DNA of 64,000 bases from the IMG/VR virus record IMGVR_UViG_3300028833_000011; one strand, written 5' to 3'. A program made the position numbers and the translations under genes. The DNA comes from an uncultured virus (IMG/VR IMGVR_UViG_3300028833_000011) (Duplodnaviria; Heunggongvirae; Uroviricota; Caudoviricetes). Within the stretch, counting starts at the first letter, position 1, and each line of letters starts with the position of its first letter. The notes under the pieces are model-generated. The model saw only the letters and a list, made by a program, of their open reading frames with translations. It was not told the origin of the DNA and searched no databases. Below, in pieces: positions 29,339-40,123 of this stretch.

Positions 29339-29623
29339 TTAGGGAAGTTCAATCTCCTCAATCTTGGCACGAACAACAAGGATGTCCATGTAGTCCTTCA
29401 TCGCACGGAGCTGGAAGTTGTAGGTCTCGCGCGGACAGGTTGGTGTGAATGGCAGTGTGCCGTTGTCCCACCTCTCGACCATCTTGACAAGTCCTTCAAA
29501 GCGATTCTTAAGTTGGACGTACTCCGCGATGAAACGCAACTTGTAGTCCTCGCTGACCATACCTGCTGCCGTTGCAGCCAACTGAGGGTTCTTGCACTTC
29601 TCGGTGTCAATGTTGATAACCAT
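29339..29623 (-). CDS. crAss001_48-like protein
   Basis: SEDYKLRFIAEYVQLKNR...FTPTCP...QLRAMKDYMDILVVRAKIEEIEL. Confidence 0.65.
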   Translation of the reverse strand: MVINIDTEKCKNPQLAATAAGMVSEDYKLRFIAEYVQLKNRFEGLVKMVERWDNGTLPFTPTCPRETYNFQLRAMKDYMDILVVRAKIEEIELP

Positions 29624-29698
29624 AGTTTTGATGTTTTAATAAATTATAGAGCATTTCACCCTGCTCACTTGGGTTATATTGGGTTATAAAGCGTTCAG

Positions 29699-30563
29699 TT
29701 AATCTCTTAAAGATTTCCAGTTGTCCAGTTCGTACAGAAAATCTACCAAAACAGCCAAACACACCGAAGTGACATATCTTTGCCCTTGTGTGAAATCAAG
29801 AGCCAACATAAGCAGCCAAACGTGGAACGTGCTTGTAAGGTAGATGATGGTTATGCACCCGAAGTCTTTTAACACTTTCTTCATTGGGTTATATTTGGGG
29901 TGGAACATTCATTTTGTTCATCGCTTGGCGCAATGCCGCAAAGCAATCGTGATATGCGCTTCGCTTAATTTCTACGGCCTTTTTTTCAAATGAGAAATTA
30001 TGCTCTGTAAGAAAATCAATTTTGTCAAAGCAATCATCCTCATACTTGGCAAATTTGGCAAGTAAATCGTTAAGAATTTTTATCTCTTCAGAAGTCATAG
30101 TCTTTTCGTTTTATGCACCCTTGCTGCTTTAGGGTGCTGTTTGTTTTACTAATTGGGTTATAATTAAGTTAGGAACGTTTCCAATTTAACTTCAACTGGA
30201 CTATTCTCGTAGGTCACTTCGGGGAACAGTTCACAGTCCAAGTGCATAGAGTTTTCGTTGATGTTGCCGTCAAACAGCCAAAACTCACCATAGCCATCAT
30301 CCCTTGTTGGCTTCTCGGTGTAGATGTGGAGAGAGTTGTTTCTCCACCTTGCCACCCATAAAGTTGCTTTCTTTGTCATAGTCGTATTGTTTATACTCGT
30401 TTTACATTGTTATCCTTAATCCATTTTTCAAGGGATTCATTTGTTCTCTTTCTGCTTTTGTAATCTGGACAATAACTATACGGCTTTGTGAATTTCATAA
30501 GCATATAGCAATATCCGTCAAAATGCTGCCAAAAGCACCTTGTGCAATATCCGTGATTTGCCA
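29699..30563 (-). other. run of small hypothetical genes (29699-29908, 29889-30098, 30164-30379 and a short ORF ending near 30400)
   Basis: Tandem short ORFs; 30164-30379 has WVAR...LFPEVTYENSP. Confidence 0.6.
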
Positions 30564-30585
30564 TAGCTTGCTGCTTTAGGGTGCT
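30120..30585. repeat. 19-bp direct repeat CTTGCTGCTTTAGGGTGCT
   Basis: Exact copies at 30120-30138 and 30567-30585. Confidence 0.8.
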
Positions 30586-30597
30586 AATTAGTATATA

Positions 30598-31008
30598 TCA
30601 AAACGGCAAATCGTCCTCGTCAAACTTGATGGGTTGGATGCCATATTTGGTGTTGTCAATCATTTGTACTATCGCGTTTGCGTAGAAATCGCGCTGGCGA
30701 TGGGTTGCCCCATCCTGCGCCTGTAACATTGCTTTTACGCCTTCTAAGATGCCGTGTGCGCGGGTCAAACGCTCGTTGCTTGCGTCGATAACGCGCTGGG
30801 TGTTTTCGCGCGCCAAACGTGCATCGGTTGCGGCGGCCTCGCGCTGCTCATTAAGCGTCTTGTTTTCGGTACGCAGCCTCAAGAGTTCTTTCAACCCGTC
30901 GGCGATGCGCCAATACTCAAAAAACAAATCAGTGCCGCTTTCCGCTTTTTCGCGTTTGGCAATGTATTTGTCGATAATTTCCTTTATCAGTTCTTCTTTT
31001 ATTTCCAT
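30598..31008 (-). CDS. coiled-coil protein with SSB-like acidic tail
   Basis: Ends FDEDDLPF. Confidence 0.7.
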   Translation of the reverse strand: MEIKEELIKEIIDKYIAKREKAESGTDLFFEYWRIADGLKELLRLRTENKTLNEQREAAATDARLARENTQRVIDASNERLTRAHGILEGVKAMLQAQDGATHRQRDFYANAIVQMIDNTKYGIQPIKFDEDDLPF

Positions 31009-31354
31009 AATTGTTAATTAAATAAATTTAATTCTTTACTCTCTGATGATTGTTCTATTAATAGTTTCCTAAAAATATGGAATAACACATCTATTATTAT
31101 AGTGTAGATTATTGTAACGATAAACAAAATAACATAGAACACGAAAAGCACGATAAAATAAAAGATGTTGTCGCGAATTATATCGGGTTTTATATTTATT
31201 TGTTTACAAGCCATATTTTCGTTTCGTTGTTTCGATAGGCATAGGGGCGGCTGGTTGCGCGTTTACACACAATAACCGAAATATTTTTTAATGCGCCACC
31301 GCCCCGTACCCATCATCATTCTTTTACATAGGCGTATAATTGTTAAAGTTAGTA

Positions 31355-31711
31355 TTATTCTCCTAAAAGACAACGCTCACGATATGCCTCGTATGCCTCG
31401 CTTTCTTGATATGCGATTTCGTCTGCCTCTTTTTCGGCCAATTCGTTACAAACGTCATAAAGACGATAGTGATAGTATTCGTCACGTATCGACTTGTCGT
31501 TGACAACTCGTTTTAAGTCGTCGTCCGAATAATCGTCGGGCAAATAATCATTGTCATACGCCCAATCAAGAAACGTGTCGTCGGAATTGTCGATTTCCTC
31601 GTCAATTAGCGCCGCCGCATCAGACTCATAATAATCCGTTACGTCACTTTGATTATACGGGGCATTTGGGTCAAATTCGGCACCTGGTGGGTACCATCCG
31701 CTTTCTTTCAT
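31355..31711 (-). CDS. acidic hypothetical protein
   Basis: YPPGAEFDPNAPYNQ N-terminal motif; Asp/Glu-rich. Confidence 0.75.
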   Translation of the reverse strand: MKESGWYPPGAEFDPNAPYNQSDVTDYYESDAAALIDEEIDNSDDTFLDWAYDNDYLPDDYSDDDLKRVVNDKSIRDEYYHYRLYDVCNELAEKEADEIAYQESEAYEAYRERCLLGE

Positions 31712-31732
31712 AACTTTGTTGTTTTTTAATTA

Positions 31733-32297
31733 TTAATAATCGAATGCCATTTGATTTTCGTCAATCTTATTTTTCGGTCTTTTACCCTTTTCGGTAAAGT
31801 TGGGGCAATATACTTGTTGTGTAGCCAACCAAGATGATAGCCGAATTTCCTCGTTTCCGTGTCCCAACCATTGCTTGAACAAGTCTGCTTGAATGGCACA
31901 CGTAAAGCGATTGTTGTTCTTAGAATCGCGCTTGCAAGCCGAACAATTTTTTTCAATCCAATCGCCAGCCATAGAGCCGCAAGAAAAACACGATTTAGTC
32001 GTTGTCGATTTTTTGCCCATTGTCTTTTGTTTTATAACATTTGACATACCTTTTGTAAGGTAAGCACTTTTTGTCTTTTGACGCCTCAACCAATCCGTTA
32101 AGTGTGGCCTTGACAAGTTGTTCGCCCATTTCGGCCTTTTGTTCGTCGTCGTCGCACGCGTCAATCATGACTTTTTGCATCGTCAAGGCGCTTGCCATAA
32201 GCGACGAAAGCATTTCTACTGGATGACACTCGCCGATTGCTTTCAAGCATAGCATGCTTAAAATGGTGTCGATTTCGTTCATTTCTTTTTCTTTCAT
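31733..32297 (-). other. two small genes (Cys-rich ORF ending at 31733; 31995-32297)
   Basis: Overlapping ORFs; the first likely starts at MGKKST. Confidence 0.55.
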
Positions 32298-32450
32298 AGT
32301 CTTGTTGTTTTTTAAGTTGTTATTATATATATGTTGGTGTTAAATGTTTTCTAAATAAAGCCATATCCTACCTCGCGGCTGTATATGGCAACCTATGAAA
32401 TTAACCTTTTCTAACTTCTATTATTATTTACTATCTAACTCTAAAACTTG

Positions 32451-32521
32451 TTGCCCCACCGAGACTCGAACTCAGTCAAACAGAACCAAAATCTGGTGTG
32501 CTACCATTACACCATGGGGCA
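32451..32521 (-). tRNA. tRNA-Gln (anticodon TTG)
   Basis: TGCCCCA/TGGGGCA acceptor stem, GGTGTAATGGTAGCAC D-arm, loop TT-TTG-GT, GTTCGAGTC T-loop. CCA is not encoded (CAA follows). Confidence 0.9.
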
Positions 32522-32806
32522 GAACGCTATTTATAAAAAGCCATTGCCTATTTCGCAACAATCAATGGCCATAGCCAATCATTTTTTACTCATATTTGTT
32601 GTTTTACTTGCCTGTAATATTTCTTATCGCTTTCCGAAATACATACGCAAGGCCGACGCCCACGATGAATAGAAACGGATTAAACGACACAATGCCTTTT
32701 ATGGCATACCAAATAGCGCCAAAGAACAACACTATAAGGATAGCCACCATTAGATAGTATAAAAACTTTTCGACCATAACCGAAACAAATTATAAGTTAA
32801 ACGATG

Positions 32807-32837
32807 CAAAGTTAGTAATTAAATTTCAAATAACAAA
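32807..32837 (-). promoter_or_regulatory. Bacteroidota sigma-A promoter
   Basis: Minus strand TTTG-N19-TAACTTTG. Confidence 0.7.
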
Positions 32838-32881
32838 ATAGTTTTGCAATATTTTATCATTTTTAACGTTTATTGATTGTT

Positions 32882-33103
32882 TTACCCGTAGAAATGCTTG
32901 GCACGTTCTACAATCTTGTTCTTGCATTCGGTGTCGATTTCAGAATACCAATACAAGGCCGAACGCGCATCAAGAAACTTGTTGTAGATATGCTCGCCCA
33001 AATTGTCGCCGTAAACATGTTTTGCCTCGGCTAAATTCCACTTGTTGAATATGTAATACATAAAGCAAGTGACATCGTTGTTTTTTTCGTTTGAATTTGC
33101 CAT
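32882..33103 (-). CDS. hypothetical protein
   Basis: 73 aa ORF with a good start context. Confidence 0.7.
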   Translation of the reverse strand: MANSNEKNNDVTCFMYYIFNKWNLAEAKHVYGDNLGEHIYNKFLDARSALYWYSEIDTECKNKIVERAKHFYG

Positions 33104-33161
33104 ATTTTTATCGTTTTTTATTTGTTTTTAGTGTAAAATGTAGCATTTAAGCCATTCTGAA

Positions 33162-33300
33162 CCATATTTAGGTTTTCCGCATGCGGGTTTTCCAAATGCG
33201 GGTTTTGTGTCACAACAAATTACCTATTGTATAAGCAATAATATAATATATTAAGTAAATAACCAAATACGTAAATAAAAAAGGAATACTTACGTATTCC
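33162..33300 (+). other. candidate replication origin: three 15-bp iterons, AT-rich tract and palindrome
   Basis: CCATATTTAGGTTTT / CCGCATGCGGGTTTT / CCAAATGCGGGTTTT in tandem (33162-33206), AT-rich 33225-33282, GGAATAC-TTAC-GTATTCC at 33283-33300. Confidence 0.55.
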
Positions 33301-33309
33301 CAAAAAAAA

Positions 33310-33684
33310 TCAATATTTTCGGAGTGGTTTGCGGCCGTTTTCGCTTGTTCCTTTGATTGCAATATTGCGTACCGCATAGGCAAAAGAACTATATTCGCCA
33401 TATATCCACATTTCGTTTTCGTCGGCGCCGCAAAACAATTCCGACACCTCAAAGACGTCTTTTCCGCTTTCGTCCTTAAAGCGTATAATCTGCGCGTAAT
33501 GTGTCCATGTGTAATAGTCAACGCGGCATATCTCTACTGTATCTATGCCGTCGTCGTTTCTAAACGACGGACGAAATGATACCGACGCGCCCCAATGATT
33601 ATTGTTCGGAAAATACATTTGCAAGACGGCATCCAATCCAAATTCTTGCATTTTTTCTTTTTGTGTAGATGTATAGTATATCAT
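33310..33684 (-). CDS. hypothetical protein
   Basis: Likely start MIYYTST at 33684. Confidence 0.7.
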   Translation of the reverse strand: MIYYTSTQKEKMQEFGLDAVLQMYFPNNNHWGASVSFRPSFRNDDGIDTVEICRVDYYTWTHYAQIIRFKDESGKDVFEVSELFCGADENEMWIYGEYSSFAYAVRNIAIKGTSENGRKPLRKY

Positions 33685-33694
33685 AATGTCCCCG

Positions 33695-33786
33695 TATTTG
33701 AATTTTAACGCCGTTTTTAGCGCACTTTGCGCGCGCGGTGGGTAGTTATCCCACAAATGGCGCAAAACGCGTCACAAAGGCTTAAA
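33695..33786 (-). repeat. dispersed 92-bp element, copy C
   Basis: Reverse complement aligns to copy B without gaps (ACGCGTTTT, AAAGTG, TTAAAATtCAAATA). Confidence 0.65.
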
Positions 33787-34177
33787 ACACCCAAAATCCG
33801 TAAACGCAACGCGAACCATTGCGCGACGGGTCAAAGGTGTCGTGTATCACGCCGTCAACAACGGCCGTTAGATGCTTTGAAAGCGAACAAACGATTTTGC
33901 CGTTCATAGGCACCTCCCCATCTTTCAAATGCGTCTTGCATCCGCTACCTACCGACATACAAGAATGCCATACGCCACCGAAAGCCTCAACAACCTTTTT
34001 CGTGTCGCTTTTGTTGACGCCGTTGCGCGGCGAATATCCGCAAATGTCACGAATCTTGTCGTATGTGGTCTTGTAGTCGGTGTTCGATGCAATCGCAATC
34101 GCACGCGTAACGCAATCGCCAACTCTTGATGCGTCGAAATATTCATTTCGACCGCCATCGTCATATACCCATTTCAT
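33782..34177 (-). CDS. hypothetical protein, possible Cys-His hydrolase fold
   Basis: MKWVYDDGGR...GDCVTRAIAIA...HLTAVVDG.IHDTFDP. Confidence 0.7.
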   Translation of the reverse strand: MKWVYDDGGRNEYFDASRVGDCVTRAIAIASNTDYKTTYDKIRDICGYSPRNGVNKSDTKKVVEAFGGVWHSCMSVGSGCKTHLKDGEVPMNGKIVCSLSKHLTAVVDGVIHDTFDPSRNGSRCVYGFWVF

Positions 34178-34404
34178 TTCTTTAATCGGTATTCGGCGAC
34201 CCACTTTCCACTTGGAGTTGCGACCTTTCGCTTTTCGATGTCGTAGCCGCGTTCGCGCAAATCCCAAATGCGACTTGCAAGACGAATGCACCCGAACATG
34301 TGCAATGCTTCAAGACCCGTAATCGTGTTGCCATTCTCGAGCCATTCGGCAATCATAGCGCACTGCGACCTTGCCGACGATTCATTGTCATTAATGTTTG
34401 CCAT
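34174..34404 (-). CDS. winged-helix DNA-binding protein
   Basis: ITGLEALHMFGCIRLASRIWDLRERGYDI. Confidence 0.8.
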   Translation of the reverse strand: MANINDNESSARSQCAMIAEWLENGNTITGLEALHMFGCIRLASRIWDLRERGYDIEKRKVATPSGKWVAEYRLKK

Positions 34405-34418
34405 AATAGTGATAGTTG

Positions 34419-34730
34419 TTAAAAGTTTTGAATATCGATTGTGTGAACCTCAACGAACGTCAACTTGCCCTTGTAGCCGCGTCGTGCAAGTTCCTCCATA
34501 AGTTCGCGCGGACTAAAATCCGACAAGCGCAACTTTCTTGCGTCCTCTACCTTTTGGCCAAGTTCGACTTCTTTTGCCTTGGCGTTGTTGGCGCGCGTTG
34601 CCAAGCGCTTTTGCGTTATGCAATCCTTGCAATAGCCATTGCGTACCTTTTCGCCACCGCGCGTGGTAATCATTGCGAACTCGTCAAGCGGCAATTCGCG
34701 GCCGCAACCTTTACAAACTTTTGTTTCCAT
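34419..34730 (-). CDS. zinc-finger protein
   Basis: CKGC...CKDC; FSPRELMEELARRGY. Confidence 0.75.
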   Translation of the reverse strand: METKVCKGCGRELPLDEFAMITTRGGEKVRNGYCKDCITQKRLATRANNAKAKEVELGQKVEDARKLRLSDFSPRELMEELARRGYKGKLTFVEVHTIDIQNF

Positions 34731-34902
34731 AGTTTTTTTGTTTTTAATTGGTGTTATTTATTAGAGTGAATTATACCATTTGATTCTTGCTGGAATCACT
34801 TGTGTTGTGTTACATACGTCACAACATTCGCCGTTATCCTTAATCGGGTACGGGTTGTTTCCATACCCGATAAAGATGCGGCCGCAAATACAACATTTCT
34901 TC

Positions 34903-37075
34903 TTATCCATATACTACTTCGTTAAAACAAACAATCTGCATAATAATTTCGGCGTCGCAAATATCAAATCCCGAATCGTCATTGATAAAGCGAAATGCCG
35001 CGTCTTTGACGTAACTTACGTCGTCGTCCTCGTCGTGGTTGAACGTCCCGTCGATAGCGCGTTCCAATCCCGTCTTGATGTCGTCAAGACAAAGCGTGTA
35101 GCGCATGTAACATCTATGGCCGTTGTTTTTCCATTCGTGTGGCTTGTCGCCATAGAATTCGGTTTCGTCCTCGGCGTAGCAATCTGCCATATAGATGGAC
35201 TTGCCGCTAAGTAGAACCTTTGCCCATGTGTCCTCTACACAATCTTTTTTGTCCTCTAATTCGGTGCCGTAGTAGTCTTTGCCATTCTTGCCGAATGTGA
35301 GCCAATTGCTACCATAGGATGCCGTAGAAAAAAGATTAACGAGGTCGTCGTGATTCAAATCACAAACAATAGTTTTAGTTGTCATAGTCTTGTTATTTTT
35401 TAGTGTAATACTTTTTCATAGTCTTGTCTATGATTTCTTCAATATCTGATTCGGGACGCCCCGCGAATTTTTCACGCGCCCACGCCCGAACTCTGTCGAT
35501 GTTTTCGGCGTAAAGTTTTTCATTCTTTTCCTTTAACTTTTGCGCCTTTTTTTCGTTGTCAACGTTCGTGTATTCGCCGCTTATTTCGCTCCCCATGTAT
35601 TTGGTAACGACATCGCGCACAAATAGTACCCAATTGTCGTCGAAACTTACGCGGTCGCAATGCAAATAACTTGCGTCATAGGCCAACTGAAGAATAACGG
35701 AGCCCAACTTGTTATTTTCCGATACCCATTTCTTGAAATAGTCAAGAATGCCGTCGGAGTGCAATTTGACGTATGAACTTGAAATGTTATATGCAACGTT
35801 TGTTGTCGGGTCTATTACCTCGACAAGCGTCTTGTCGGAATGGTACATGCTATGTTCAACAAATACACATGTCGCAATACCATCGCCGCGAAACTTTCGA
35901 CCGCGCTCTACCGAACATGGTATGTTGATTCGCTTTCCCGAAAAGTTGGACGCATAGTTAAATACCGACGTAATGCAATTCTTGAAACGTTCGATAAGGG
36001 CGTCGATGATTTCGTCGCGCGTTACCATGCCGTTTGCGATTGCAATTTCATACGATACTCCGCTATATGCGTCGTCGGTGCCATGTCCATAGTCTGAACG
36101 AATTATTTTCTTTTCGTTGGGGTCATAGTAGAAAGAATACCAAACGCCGTAATCGTCCCAATCATAAGGGATGTCACGTTCAAGAGCAATAAGATTCTTT
36201 TTCATAATAATATAAGTTATTTGTTAATTATTTGGCAAAGACATCCGTTCGCCCTCCCGCTGGATGGCAAAAATACGTCGTGTCTTTTATAAAAATAGGC
36301 CGTGCTATTGTTTCGCGAAACTCCCATTTGCAAACGTGCCTTGTTTCGGTCTTTGGCCTTGTTGTAGTCAAGTCCAAGACGTTCGCAAGCGAATTTCGTC
36401 AATGCCTCTAATGCGCTAAAAACAATCGGGTATTCCTTTACGCATGGTTCGTATCCGTTTTCGGCGCTGACACGTATGATTTTGTTAGTTTCGTTCATGA
36501 TAAGTATAAAGGAGATAAATATTTGTAAAATATTCAAAATCGTCAATCAAAAAAATCAAGTCGTCGAAAACAATAATTAGACTTTTTTCGATTTGTCCTT
36601 TGCAAGCGTCAAGTTTATCAAACGCGTCCTTTGCTTGTTCGGGAGGCATAATTTCGCCGTTAAGCGTGTATTTGCCAAAGTAGTGATAGCCGATTCTATC
36701 AACACCTTCGGAGCCGCCACAACTGAACATTGCCGTTCCGTCAACCCGCGCAACGTGCGTTTCGTGAAAGTATATATATTGCAAAAGTATCTTTTTATTA
36801 AAGTTTATTAGACCGAAACGGAACCAATAACTTGCTCCGAGATATTTTGCGTCGTCTGGAACGTATGCCATTTTTTCACCTCGCAAAAATCTTTTCGCGT
36901 CCGCTATCGATGCGTATGTATAGTCTTTCGGTTGCATAAGCATTGGCGCGTTCTCTATGCAATCGCCGTCGTTGTCGATAAGCGTTTGAACGCATCCAAA
37001 TTCCGTTTCAACCTTTCTAATGACATGGCCAAGATATTTCAAGTTGGCCATGTCACGCCGTATATTGACTTTCAT
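34903..37075 (-). other. early-region hypothetical genes (34903-35385, 35393-36205, 36217-36498, 36485-37075)
   Basis: Tandem leftward ORFs. Confidence 0.7.
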
Positions 37076-37163
37076 TTCGGTTTGCCACTATTTGTGAATC
37101 CTCCAGTTAGGAACATTCCGATAATTCCAATAATAAGTAAAATCTCCATATCATACAAAATGT

Positions 37164-37967
37164 TTATTTGTTCAACATTATTGCCTCGCGTATCGTGTGA
37201 ATATACGACGCAATTTTTACTTGTTTGGCACGATTATCCATGCCGTCAAAATCCCATTTTGCAAATAACGTGTGGTCGGCCATACCCTTGAAATCGCACA
37301 TCATTTCGGCAATGCGAATCGCCATGCCGTTTTTGGTGTTAATTTCGTTCCATGACCAAAGTTGAGGATTTTCTCCGCCGCACGCCGCAGGGAAAAGACG
37401 CTTAAATATTTTAAGCATCGTTTGCACGTCGCGTGAATCAATGTAACGGGCGTTTTTTGTGGCGCCACGTTTTGCCGATTCCTCTTTGCGCTGTTCTAAT
37501 GGTTTTGCGTCGAACGTTTCGCGCCATTTGTCGGACGCGCCGCCCGTCGTTTCGCCACGTTCCTTTTTCGCCGCCAAAGCCTTCTTGGTTCGGTCGCTTG
37601 TTAATTCGCGTTCGTATTGCGCGACGGCCGCGAACACACCTAAAAGCAACGTGTTCATTTGTGGCATGTCCACAAAATGAATCTCGATACCTGTGTTGAC
37701 GACCTTAAAGCAAAACTCTACGTCGCGTGCAAGTCGGTCAAGTTTGGCTATCACAAGCGCGCAATCATTCGCCTTGCAAAATGCAATAGCCGCCGCAAGC
37801 CCTTTGCGGTCGCGATGCGTTCCGCTTTCAACGTCGCAAAATTCCTCAGCCTTTTCGCCGCCGTTTGCCACGATGAAATCTTCACACATCTTTCGCTGCG
37901 CCTCCAAGCCAAGGCCGCTTGAACCCTGCTTGCGTGTCGATACCCTTATATAAATTGCGTATTTCAT
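37164..37967 (-). CDS. serine recombinase, resolvase/invertase family
   Basis: YIRVST catalytic Ser, DVESG...R, AKLDRLAR, AQYERE; no large-serine-integrase domains evident. Confidence 0.9.
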   Translation of the reverse strand: MKYAIYIRVSTRKQGSSGLGLEAQRKMCEDFIVANGGEKAEEFCDVESGTHRDRKGLAAAIAFCKANDCALVIAKLDRLARDVEFCFKVVNTGIEIHFVDMPQMNTLLLGVFAAVAQYERELTSDRTKKALAAKKERGETTGGASDKWRETFDAKPLEQRKEESAKRGATKNARYIDSRDVQTMLKIFKRLFPAACGGENPQLWSWNEINTKNGMAIRIAEMMCDFKGMADHTLFAKWDFDGMDNRAKQVKIASYIHTIREAIMLNK

Positions 37968-39991
37968 ATTAGTGTTACGTTAATAAGTTTAGGAATGCCG
38001 CAAATCCATCTTTCAACCGACACCTCTAAACCTTGTTCTTGAAAATATTTGATTGCCTTTTCCGCGTGCAATACATGAATACATGGCATTAATGAACCAT
38101 TTGGAAAACGCTCTAACGACGTTTCGGTAAGTAACTGGCGACTATGGAAACATATAGTCGTGCCTCCATGCCCCTTTATGTCGTCAAAAACGACTTTAGA
38201 TATTTTGGCAATTGCCGTTTCGAATGTATTGCCGACGTATTCGTTAATTTGCTCTTTAATCGTCGTCATGGTCGTGTGTTCTTTTTAAGTTCCTCGATTA
38301 GTGCGTCCGCTAAATCGACGGCACTTTTTGCCATTGCTTTTGGCGATGGTGTTTTGTCGGTCACTACACATCCAATTAAAGCGGACTTGGCAATTTCGTA
38401 TCTGCGCTGCTCCCAATCTATTTCTTTTGTTTCATCTTTCACGTTATTTGCAAAGAAAGAACATGCAAGACGATAAAATTTCATTTCAATTTCGGTCATA
38501 GTATTGTTGTTATTAAGTTTATTTATAACAAATCGTTCTCGCTAAACCCATTTATATGGATTTCTTTTTTGTTGTGGTCAATCTCAATATCCAAAGCCGC
38601 CGCCCATTTGTAGCGCAATTCCATTCTGTCCGAGAATGTTAATAACATTAGGCTATTATATTCCCAAACATATTGCTCGTGCGGGTCTTTGTCGTCAACC
38701 GATTCCGTCGCGCCTCGAAAAGCGTACCCCGCACGCCAAAATACTTTGTAGTCGGGATTTTCATTCAAAACGCGTTCACATGTTTCTTTGCCTACTAAAG
38801 CGTAATTTTCTTTATTATTCATAGTGCTTTCTTATATATATAAATAAATGTTTTTGTTTCGGTGTTTATAGTCGTTTGACACGAACGGAAATTGTAGGTG
38901 TCAAAACGCTTGTTAAAGTCGCGGCAAAGCGCGTTGGCCTTTTTAGTGAACTCTTTGAAAACGTCAAGACGCCAATAAATAATATTTGGCGTCGTGTTGT
39001 GTTCCGTCATTTGTTCCAACTTGCCATATTTTGACAAGGTTTTAATAATGGAGGTTTTCATAATGTTTCGATTTCAAAATCCCACCACTTGCGGCAAATA
39101 ACTTGTTCGCGGCCGTACTCAATCGCTTTCTTTCTACTTGAAAAGCGAATGCCTATTTCCGTCCGTTCGCCGCAAAAAGAAAATCCGTAAAGTGCATATT
39201 TGTAACGTCGCATAATTCACAAGTATTAAAAGATTAATATTCGTCGTCGTCATAGCAATCCCAAAAGCCGCCGCAACAACATTCCTCGCGATACCCGTCA
39301 AGTATCTGCTCTAATTCGTCGTTATCGGTGTATTCGATGCGCTTTACCATGCCGTAGTCATATTGACTATCGATGCAAGCAAGGTCGTGGTCGTACTTGG
39401 CTTTGCGGCATACCTCATAGTTGCCCGTTTTCAAGATACCTGTAATTCTTCCGTTCCACATCTTGCAACAAATGTACGTAGATTTTACGGCCGAGTGTTC
39501 GGCCTTGTATAGCGGGTCTTCTTCGTCGGCGTTGTCGTCGGCGAATTTGCTACAAGTTTCGCGATATGCGTCAATGTCTGCAAGATATTCGCGCATAAGG
39601 TTTTCTTCCTTTTGTTCGCGCGTTTCGCGATAATCGTCGTGATGTGCCTCGCGATAAAAATCGGTGTTGGTGTATTCTTCCCAAGTCATAATAGTAAAAT
39701 TTGTGTCGGCTAACGCGAATGTCGCGAATGTCTTTGTATGAATTCGCGTTCGTGCTTTCTTTTCAACTCCAAAGCCTTTTGCTTCTCCCTTGTATAAGGT
39801 TTGGAACAAACGGCCGTGTAAAAGTCAAAGTCCTCGCTTTCGATGAAAAAGTTGAATTCGTCAAGAACGAATGCAAGTTTGCGATTAGAGTGCGCTCGTT
39901 TGATTCGCTTGTCGCGGTCTATGTTAACTTTCGGTTTCTTCTTCTTTATCATAGTGTTCAAAATATTTAGATTATCCACAAAGCGCGCCAA
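37964..39991 (-). other. run of small early hypothetical genes (37964-38269, 38266-38499, 38523-38822, 38819-39061, 39234-39689, 39710-39951)
   Basis: Tandem ORFs, several with ATGA overlaps; 38266-38499 has IDWEQRRYEIAK. Confidence 0.65.
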
Positions 39992-40123
39992 GAACGTCGT
40001 CGGTCGGGTTGCAAAATGGCTGGTCGTTATGTTTCGTTTTCATATAAATAATAATATAAAGTTTTGGTTAATTAATAGTGATGCGGCGACAACGATAAAC
40101 GCCGCCGCCGCACGTCGAATGCG

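Noticed and set aside
31244..31305. GGGGCGG...CCGCCCC long hairpin as an ncRNA
   Set aside because: A single intergenic stem, adequately explained as a terminator or processing hairpin.
33162..33206. Mini CRISPR array
   Set aside because: The repeats are contiguous 15-mers without spacers, and there are no cas genes.
37164..37967. Prophage integrase or IS element
   Set aside because: Too short for a large serine integrase; no att junction, host genes, transposase or terminal repeats are visible.
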